This document shows, in pieces, positions 54,916 through 64,000 of a stretch of 64,000 bases of DNA. The stretch's first letter is position 1; every line of letters begins with the position of its first letter. Below the pieces are notes generated by a model. It worked only from the letters and a program-made list of their open reading frames with translations. It did no database searches and was not told where the DNA came from. The stretch is taken from positions 190,464,001 to 190,528,000 of the forward strand of contig OZ024740.1 of the NCBI GenBank assembly GCA_964016885.1. Direction: 5' to 3'. Source of the DNA: Eledone cirrhosa (taxonomy: Eukaryota). A program made the position numbers and the translations under genes.

Positions 54916-55318
54916 ACCTATAGTAAATACAGCGAACTTTAAAAAATTTATTTGAAAACTTTTTCTCTATGTGCTAAACCTTGATTTTATGTTTTGGCTC
55001 GTTAATTTATTAACCTGCCATAGAACCACATTGGCATACGGTTGGATAAAACTTGTATCCCTATATCTATTTTTTACACATAGGAACACATACTTTATTA
55101 TTATTAATCTCCCCTAAGGTCGAGATAACATTTTGGTCGTTTGAAATGCTGCTATTTCTAGTTGCAGGACATTGACCTGTCCACCCTTGCCTTCTGTCTT
55201 TACACACGGCACTAGACAGAATTGGTCACTTCTTCATTCACTCTCATCTGGGAACAGTTTTGTATGGCGCCAGTTGGTGATTTGAACTCGGGAATATTAT
55301 ATTCTCCGATCGAGAAGA

Positions 55319-55402
55319 ACCTTCTGACGAGAATGCCCTTCTCAATGGTGGTCCGCCTGGATTATCCATTTATTTTGGGATTTGAAACCGCGCGGTAAGT
55401 GT
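55319..55402 (+). ncRNA. Hammerhead ribozyme, family R, copy 2
   Basis: ACCTT-CTGACGA-GAAT...GATTT-GAAA-CCGCGCGG-TA-AGTGT. Predicted cut after 55397. Confidence 0.78.
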
Positions 55403-55502
55403 ACATATAGTAAATACAGCGAACTTTGTAAAATTTATTTTAAAACATTTTCTCTATTTACTAAACCTTGATTATATATATATATATACATATATATATA
55501 TT

Positions 55503-55534
<32 letters not shown>

Positions 55535-55672
55535 TATTTATAGTTATGTATACACTATATACAAATATAAACAGGAAAGGTCAGTAATTCATTACTACCT
55601 TATTACCTGTAAGAAAAATAGCTCAATATACATACATCAACTGTTTTACAGAGCAAGAACATAAATTACACT

Positions 55673-56264
55673 ATAATCAAAGCTATCTTCAACTCATTTT
55701 ATAGCTAACAATCGTTTCTTCTAAACTATCGTTTTGAATCATCGGGGCACTATCAATGTTTGTACATATAATTAAACTCCTATTCAAATGAACAATCATA
55801 TAGAAACATGGATATTAATGTTGTCACATCAGCTTCGTATTTAGAGAGTGTAATGGATGCGACATAGATTACAAGAGAATTGTACAACAATTAAAATTAA
55901 AAATTTAAAAAGGCACAGATTGGAATGCATTCGGCAGAGATTACAAGGGAATAGTATAATAATTAATGAGGGATTAAGTTAGATTATACTATTCCCTAGT
56001 AATAATCTGTCGCATGCATTCCACTGTGTGCCTTTTTAATTTTAATTTATTCTACAATTATCTTGTAATCTATGTCGCACCCATTTCTCTCTGTAAATAC
56101 GAAACTGTTGTTGACAACATTAATATCCATGTATCTATATGATTTTTCAGCTGAATAGGAGGTTAATTATATGTGCAAACATTGCTAGTGCTCCGATAAT
56201 TCAAAACGAAAGTTTGGAGTAAACGATTGTCACCAATAAAATGATTTAAACATAGATTTGATTA
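55673..56264. repeat. Older, diverged hairpin element (arms about 55673-55961 / 55983-56264)
   Basis: Colinear reverse-complement similarity with many mismatches and a spacer of about 21 bp. Confidence 0.85.
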
Positions 56265-56267
56265 AAT

Positions 56268-56304
<37 letters not shown>

Positions 56305-56456
56305 AAGGTTATCACATACATAAAATTAAATTAAAGATATATATGTGTGTTGCAACTGTTCACTTTTAATGGATTTTGTATATGGTTATTTATGCTAATT
56401 AGAAGAAGAAATAGTATATATTTTAATATCTGATTGATTCTATAGACATGATTTAT

Positions 56457-56515
<59 letters not shown>

Positions 56516-56521
<6 letters not shown>

Positions 56522-56708
56522 AAGTATGAATCCGACGGCAGAGCTCAAGCCGTTTCGACGGCTATTTCTGGACTAAATAGCCGTCGAAACGGCTTGAGCG
56601 AGCTCTGCCGTCGGGATCATACTTTTTCATATTTCACACTCTACTACACTAAGTATTGAGTACTCTGGTGCGTTATGGTCCATCTGGTTACTTACCACTT
56701 TACCTTTG

Positions 56709-56710
<2 letters not shown>
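56516..56710 (+). mobile_element. Family B pLTR fragment folded back on itself (palindrome 56516-56630) between (TA)n tracts
   Basis: gtttcgacggctattt-ctggact-aaatagccgtcgaaac at the centre. The tail matches the reverse complement of 3230-3310. Confidence 0.85.
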
Positions 56711-56769
<59 letters not shown>

Positions 56770-56960
56770 GAAGAGAGAAGAAACATTTAGATATAATTAG
56801 TAATAAAATGTATCATACCTAAACTGCTTCTAGATTCCTCGACTATGTAGTTTCGTGCATAAACAAAGACAATACATCATAAAGATCTTGACCGTTGTAT
56901 CACGTGACTGTCTCCCCCTCCGTCTTTTGGGAATCTTTCTCACATCATATAGACGCGGTA

Positions 56961-57050
56961 TCCTCTTGATAACTTGGCAGACCTCGCAAATGCTCTATAT
57001 CTTTATGATGTATTGTTTTTGTTTATGTCACGAAACTACGTAATCGAGGA
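56961..57050 (+). ncRNA. Hammerhead ribozyme, U3-A8 variant with long stem II (mutated copy)
   Basis: TCCTC-TTGATAA-...-AC-GAAA-CTACGTAA-TC-GAGGA. Confidence 0.6.
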
Positions 57051-57553
57051 ATCTAGAGGCAGTTTAGGTATGATACATTTTATTACTAATTATATCTAAA
57101 TGTTTCTTCTCTCTTCATAATGTACTTTTAGCTCTGATACTGGTTCAGTCGAATCCATTCGAATTGGTCTGTCCCAGTTATTCTTAGAGCAACATCGGTT
57201 AAGATTGGCACCATTATCTCAGGGATGGATGTGGATATATTCAAGTATATGTGTGTGTCCGCATGCATCTGTGTGTTTCTCAATATTTTGTTCATAACTC
57301 CCACTGGTTGAGTAATCTTTGAAGAGTAGTGACTGCTGGAAAGCTGCCATTACTCATACTTCTCGCCCCCTTAACCACCTCTTCTACGTCTTTGGGATAA
57401 ATACCCTCTCCGCCTCCGTGGTATTTTTTTTCGGTTATAAGGGGCTTAGCTCTGTTTCTTGACCCTTGTATCACGTGACTGTCTCCCCCTCCGCCGTTTG
57501 GGATTCTTTCTCACATCATATAGACGCGTTCTTGAGGCTAGTAAAACGAGGTA

Positions 57554-57643
57554 TCCTCTTGATAAGTCAGCAGACCTCGCAAATGCTCTATATCTTTATG
57601 ATGTATTGTTTTTGTTTATGCCACGAAACTACGTAGTCGAGGA
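57554..57643 (+). ncRNA. Hammerhead ribozyme, U3-A8 variant with a 59-nt stem II domain
   Basis: TCCTC-TTGATAA-GT..(59 nt)..AC-GAAA-CTACGTAG-TC-GAGGA: perfect 5-bp stem I, palindromic stem III, GUC triplet. Confidence 0.78.
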
Positions 57644-57883
57644 ATCTAGAAGCAGTTTAGGTATGATACATTTTATTACTAATTATATCTAAATGTTTCT
57701 TCTCTCCTCATAATGTACTTTTAGCTCTGATACTGGTTCAGTCGAATCCATTCGAATTGGTCTGTCCCAGTTATTCATAGAGCAACATCGGTTAAGGTTG
57801 GCACCATTAACTCAGGGATGGATGTGGATATATTCAAGTATATGTGTGTGTCCGCATGCATCTGTGTGTTTCTCAATATTTTG

Positions 57884-57935
<52 letters not shown>

Positions 57936-58134
57936 TATATACATATATGCCCGTCTATTCTGTCTGTGTTGAAACCTCGAAGAAGCAGATAGATGATCTA
58001 GTCATGTCTATCACATCAACACAGATCTCGAACTAAACTTTTGTAAATCATATGTAGCGGTTATCGTATCAAATTAAAAGTATATGCTCTGCTATCGCGT
58101 AAAGTGCTCACACCAGTTCCACCTGAAATACTGC

Positions 58135-58481
58135 ATCATCATCATAATCATCATTTCATTTTACATCCGCTTTTCCCTGCTTGCAAGGGTGGGACGAGAA
58201 CTGATTCTGCCTTGATTCCTACAGCTGGATGCCCTTCCTTACACCAACCTCATTTACAGTGAGTGCTGGGTGCCTTTTTGCCGTGGCACCTCCACGACTA
58301 CTTTGCAGTGGAATGATAGGGAACACAGTCCCTATCATCTCATTTCTACAGCTGAGTAAACTGGAGCAATGTGAAATAAAGTGTCTTGCTCAAGGAAACA
58401 ACACACCACCCATTTTGAGAATTGAACTCACAACCTTTTGATTGCAAGGCCAATGCACTAGCCATTAAGCAATGTGCCTCC
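58135..58481 (-). mobile_element. tRNA-derived SINE family 2
   Basis: Colinear with 43997-44337. Confidence 0.8.
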
Positions 58482-58773
58482 ATTATATTACTGAATATCC
58501 TTAACATGCATACAGACATTCATTTACATATAGCGAGAGTATGAGCAAGATAGATAGATAGATAGATATATTTCTTTATTTACCATAAAGGCATAACAAG
58601 AAGGGACAATTACAAAGGGGGAGTTTACATACAATCGAGTAAAAAGGTTAGAAAATGAAAATAATCGAAAATAACCTCAAAAGGGAGGGGACGTGATGGG
58701 GGTTGCACACACCCCCGAAAAAGTGTGCAATCCTTTGCCCGGGGAGCACATGAAGAAGGTGCTCCCCTCTCCT

Positions 58774-61700
58774 TTACTTCTTTAGCTGCAGGATGGTATA
58801 CAGAGAAGGCCCATTTACACGAGCCATTCTCGCCACTATCACCCACCTTTCATAATACTGCCTGTGGCCAAGCACCTCTCTCTCCATTCTTATCCTTCTT
58901 CCGAAGTGATATCGGAAGAAGTAGACCAGACTATGGCCAGAGAGGAAGTTGCCTGACCTCAGACCTTTCAATCGTGTCCACCAAACAACCTCTTTCAACA
59001 TGGCTATTACGCACAGAAAAACCGTCTTTGCTTCCTTTGTGAAGAGGGGAGGAGGTTTGATTGTCATCACGGACTCGGCGGTCAATTGTATCGGCGCCAC
59101 CCGCGACAGCAGTCGTTCGGCGTAGCCCCACAGATCAGCCACGCCCGGACATTGCACCAATGCGTGCGCAACGGTTTCTTCGTGACGCACGCATCTAGGG
59201 CAAATCTTTTTTGAGGGATCCCTGCCCGGGCGCCCGTGTCTGTAGAGCCTCTCTCGAACGGGTAGAGCCCCCCGGTAGCACTGCCAGGCTAGTGACTTCT
59301 GGAAGTTGTCCATTGGTCCCGGGCCGTAAGTCCTACCGAACAGGCTGGCCAGTTCGTCCTCTTCCATGTCCAGCGACTCTCCAAGGGTGTCATCGCCCCT
59401 GCTAGCCACCAGCCTCTATAGAATGATGAGGTAGATTCTCCACTGACGGCCTGGCCCGCTTCCCAGAGAGCCCTGAGTGCCTGAGCACACTCAGTGTGCC
59501 AGTCTCCCAGTTTTCCGGATCTCAGCTTGACCCAGGACTGCAGCTCGGTGAGGGAGACGAGTCTCGGAAAGGCTCGTTTCACGAACGGAGCCCACACCGG
59601 TTGACCAGTGAGGAATACATGTAGGTGCCGTAGCCTTAATGCGTGCCTACGCATCATCAACCACGGCTTCCCCAGCCCTCCTTTCGAAGGTTGTTGCCAG
59701 CAGATGGATCTCCTCACCATAGGAGGGCGATTCTTCCACAGAAATTGGAAGAGCATGCGTTCCATGGTGGTGAGTGTTTCCTTAGGGCAAGGCACGACAG
59801 TCAGGCGGTAGTAAGTGACGGACGCTATGTAAATGTTCGCCACCTCTGCCCGCCCTTTTAGGGACAGCTTACACTTGGCCCATTGCTGGGTTAGTGCAAA
59901 CACCTTGTTCGTAACCTTGTTCCAGTTCTTTTCCACCTGGAGGTCCGGTCCAAACCAGACCCCAAGCAACTTTACCGGGCCCTCCGTCCAGTGTCCGACG
60001 ACACCGTCGTGAGGCATCGGTCTGCCTCTCCACGTTCCGAGTTGCAGCCCGATGGATTTTTCCCGGTTCAGTTTCACTCCTGACAACCTTTCGTAATCCT
60101 CCAGTAAGGTACCGATCGCCTCGATCTCCGAGTCGGTCGATACCATTACTGTTACGTCATCGGCGTAGGCAGACACCGCTTTGCTCAATCCTGGTTCCAG
60201 GGGGATACCCTGCAACAACTCCAACTTCCTCAGTAAAGGCTCGAGAGTCAATACGTACAGAAGGGAGGAGAGAGGGCACTCCTGTCGAATGTATCGTGTG
60301 ATTTCGAACGGCTTCGAAAGGTAGCCGTTCACCTTGATCCTAGAACAGATGTGGTTGCTATGTAAGGCAGTGATCCAGCCTCTGAAAACAGGACCGAACC
60401 CAGCCGCCGCTAGCACCGCATCCAGGTAACCATGGTCGAACCTATCGAAGGCCTTAGACTGATCCAAATTGATCAGGGCCCCACCGAAACCGGGTTTGTT
60501 GCCAACCCTCTCTATGATGTATCGCATGAGGTGGAGGTTATCGTGAATGGACCTGGATGGGATAGCACATGTCTGCGCATCTCCCACCAGCCACCCACGA
60601 CAAGCGCCAACCTCTTTGCTAACACCTTGGCCAAAATCTTTAACTCTGTGTTTAGCAGGGTTATGGGCCGAAAATTATTTGTACTATCTCCCTTGTTCTC
60701 GTCCTTCCTCACCAGCGTGACTACGCCCTTGGCTACAGAACAAGGAATTCTCCCGTTCTGCTGCCAATTGCAGTAGACCGCTTCGAGGAGTTCGGAGAAG
60801 AAGACCGGCATTGCTAAATAAAGTTCGTAAGGTATACCATCGAGACCTGGAGATTTGCGTCTGCTGCATTGGCTCAGCGCATCTCCCTCTCATCAGCCGA
60901 GATTGGTCCCTCGCAGGACTCTGCCTCTTCGCTCGAGAGACGCGGCAGGCCGTCGAGGTATGGACCGAAATCCACGCCCCCGCACGGACCCCGCCTCCCC
61001 CGAACAATCGGGCAAAGTGCCTTTGAAAGGCCTCGCACATCTGCTTAGGCTCCCGGATCACCCGTCCATCTTCGTCTTGCAACGACCGGATGGTGGATCG
61101 ATTTCCACTCTTAGCTTCTGTCACGCGGGCCCAGCCAACGGCTTTGGCCCCCTTATTACCTAGAGCACGTATTTTACTTCGAATGACGCAGCCTTCGTGC
61201 TTTGCATCGAAAAACTGGTTCAAGGCCGTCCTCGATGCCAGCACTCTGGCCACATCTTCGCTCTTGATTGCCTCTTCTAATTTACCTGTTAATTCTTTCT
61301 CGTTTCTATTCCTATCGGCAGCTAACATATTGCTATAACTTATTGATTCTGTTCTAATCTCTCTTTTGAGAGATGCCCACCATCGGTTGTTGACGATTGC
61401 ACCCCTCAACCTCTCCTTAACAAATCTGCTAATCCGGTTTCTGTAAGTCACTTTTGCCGGTAAAGACAAATTAAGTTTCCAGTAACCGGGACCCTGTTTA
61501 TGTGTTTTCTCGAGATTGACTACGCAGGTCACTAATTTGTGATCCGTGTAGCCAACCGTGCGCATTTCTGGACAGCTTAATATGTCCCTATCCTTACTTC
61601 TAACTAAGAATCTATCTAAGTACGATCTAGATTGACCACTGTGGTTTCTCGAAGTCCAGGTAGGCACAGTTGGAAAATCTAGTTGATATCTATCGACCAA

Positions 61701-62221
61701 GTTAAAACGGTCGAGTAACCCCTTGAGGCTGTTACACGCCCCACTATTAGGACATGCTCCTGCATAGTCCCAACGTGCATCTAGGATGTCATTCCAATCC
61801 CCCGCTAGAAGCAGGGAACCCGACGTTCCCAGAAAAAGTCTCCAAACGCTGGAAGAAGTCGGGCCGTTCAGCTCCGAAAGGGGAGTAGACGGCTACCAGT
61901 CTCAAGGCCGCACCTTCACTACTGCCAACGTCTAGCACCAACAAACGACCCTCCGCGTCCGAGTGCACAACATGTACGGCAAGACCCAGGTGTTTTTGCA
62001 GCAGTACGATAAACCCCACCCCCACCTCCAGGTTGACAGAGAGATGCATGCACCTCAAAGTCATCGAAGGTAGGGGCCAGCTGCCGCACGACGCTGATTC
62101 GAGTCTCACAGATAACCATTACATTTATACCACATGACCTGAGGTCATTTAGAAGCTTTGCTTGCTTCCATGTTGAGCCCAGGCCACGTGCATTCAAACA
62201 TCCTACTCTTAACACATCCAT
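58774..62221 (-). pseudogene. L1/Tx1 ORF2 (APE, RT, C-terminal zinc knuckle), frameshifted
   Basis: CLNARGL, CETR, VYSP, GDWN, LDR, TDH; FRPITLLNTELKILAK, LDQSKAFD, RQ.CPLS, AYADD; CPRC..ETVAHALVQC. Confidence 0.92.
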
Positions 62222-62254
62222 GTGGGCGGCAGAGCCAAAGGAGAGTGTAGAGAC

Positions 62255-63785
62255 CTACCTTTTCCGCTTCCGGGGTTCGGGTCGCATGACTTCCATGGGT
62301 TCGGGGGTGTTGGGTGAAGGGGTGTCTTGTGGTGGTGTGGGGTCGTCAGTGTGTGGTGGGGTTGGGGTGTGTGGAGTTGTGTTGGAGAGGGGAAGGGGAG
62401 GGGGAAAGCTTTTTAGTAGGACGCGGTTTATGGGTTTGACAGAGGGTGGTCCTACGTCCTCCTTAAAATCCTTTTTTAGTTGTTGGTAGAGGTTCATTGG
62501 GATCTTTATTAATTTTAAATGTGGGTAGTTTTCTGAAGAAACAAAGTTTACACCTTCGGTTTGTACTGAAGGATTATTGTATATGAGTTCATTTAATTTA
62601 TTATTGTTTCTGTTGATGTAAGTATAGTGTAATGTCTTTTTTTCGGATGGTGTGAGTGTTTCGAAGAGGGGAGGGGTAGGTTTGGTTTTGTTTGATGTTG
62701 GAGGGGTGTTTTCTATTTTGTTGGATTGTGTTGAGATTTGGGTGGGGGTTGTTTGGCCTTGTGTGTTTTGCACATGTTTTCTTTTTTTCCTTTTAATCTG
62801 TCTGAAGGACTCCGTTCTTCCTCCGAATTCGTTGGGTTATCTTAAGTGTTGGAGGGAAGAGGTATGTTTGCTGGTAATGTTTCCGTGTTGGTTTTCTTGT
62901 GGGGGAGATGGATATCACTATGTTAGACTGTGTTGTGTGTTGTGTCTGCGGTGGTCGTGTTGTTTTATTGAGTGAGGGGTTGGGTGGGCCTGTATTTTGT
63001 TTTGGGGTAATGTGTTGTGACTGTTTGTGTTGTGGTGGTGGTGTAGTTTTACTGAGGGACGGGTTGGGTGGGACTGAGTTTTGTTGTTTGTTTATCTGTT
63101 GTGGTGGTGGTGGTGGAGCTGGTGTTGGTAGAAGGGTTTTCTTTTTGTTGAGTTGGGGACAAGCGGCCTTCAGGTGCCCTCTGCCTGCACATATATGACA
63201 GGACAGCCTTCTCCCCTCGACGCTAATGTTTATATACCCGTGGCCCTCTAATAGGATTCTGTCGGGTATTTGGGCGATACGTTCAGGCTTCATTTGCACT
63301 ACCAGCTCTATACCTGTTCCACTGAACGCATTGCCTGTGGTTTTCCCAATGGAAATCACGTTGTCATTCACTGGATCGATGAAGCCAGCTATGAGCCAGC
63401 AGTAGCCCACATCTGGCATCATTGCATCCAGCCATATGCGTTGAGTTCTTTTACCCATATAAGATGGATAAAAGGTAAAAATGTTCGAACAAATCGGTGA
63501 CAAAGCACTTTTTTTTGCCGCCGATTCGTTCTTCATAATAATTGCTAGGCTTCCATACAGTCTGTCTTTTCTTATGAAAGTGGTTTCATTAAGTACTTCT
63601 GTGAGTACTGTTTTGATATCTGCCTGAGTTGGCTGTTCAGGTTTTTCTGAAGTGTTGTTGATGGTGCGGAACACGACCGTTCGACTTTCAATGTCTTTGG
63701 TGAGTTCTTGAGGCATTTTTACCGATAAAAAACCATTCTCTCCTTCACTTATGTATTGTTTGGCGTCTGTGATTCTTCGTGCCAC
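62255..63785 (-). pseudogene. L1/Tx1 ORF1 (CCHC zinc knuckle, Pro/Thr/Gln-rich tail), with one frameshift near 62780
   Basis: CHICAGRGHLKAAC (CX2CX4HX4C). Ends in RKRKR just upstream of ORF2. The start may lie near 63986. Confidence 0.8.
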
Positions 63786-64000
63786 ATCTGAAATATTTTC
63801 AGGTATTTATGTCAAAGATTTCTTTGTTGTTTGTGCAAATGAAATATTTTTTACTTTGTCGTCTGCTTTGCTTTCTGTTATGGTGTTATTTTCAAATGTT
63901 ATTTTTGTGTTTGTTGTGTCTTTGTTTGTGGTATTAGTATTGTCATGCAATTTTTCAAATTTTTTTTTTTCGTTGTGTGAATCCATGTCCAGATTTGTGT

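Larger units (their letters stand above)
54770..55472 (+). mobile_element. Retrozyme-like family R, about 1.3 head-to-tail units of 487 bp plus a short inverted 5' piece
   Basis: CTGACGA cores at 54837 and 55324. Segment 54770-54832 is the reverse complement of about 55041-55103. Confidence 0.8.
56766..57883 (+). mobile_element. Head-to-tail HHR-bounded unit of 593 bp (about 1.7 units) with an inverted 5' piece (56766-56887), between (TA)n tracts
   Basis: 56888-57291 is repeated at 57458-57883. 56766-56887 is the reverse complement of about 56999-57120. Confidence 0.85.
58572..64000 (-). mobile_element. L1/Tx1-clade LINE, near full length, 5' end beyond the window
   Basis: Two-ORF layout. 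AATAAA 3' end abuts (GATA)n at 58548-58570. Confidence 0.92.

Overview
Eukaryotic, AT-rich, repeat-dense DNA. The SINE types and the very long (TA)n, (CA)n and (TAA)n tracts suggest an octopus-like cephalopod, but that is inference. No intact host gene is evident, only a few weak exon candidates in the 32-39 kb unique stretch. The window is a nest of decayed retroelements: three Penelope-like elements (PLEs, RT plus GIY-YIG) and several GIY-YIG fragments, R4/Dong-like RLE elements beside (TAA)n, one RTE LINE with a derived bipartite SINE, two L1/Tx1 elements, a CRE-like fragment and tRNA-derived SINEs. The most interesting layer is non-coding. About seven unrelated families of type-I hammerhead ribozyme (HHR) motifs can be folded by eye, including U3-A8 and CAGUUGA core variants. 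Two families form head-to-tail, ORF-less units (about 485 nt and 593 nt) bounded by HHRs, which makes them retrozyme or circular-RNA candidates. At least seven unrelated LTR-like sequences occur as head-to-head inverted repeats in or beside (TA)n, several folding back at or near the ribozyme. All folds and coordinates were read manually and need computational confirmation.
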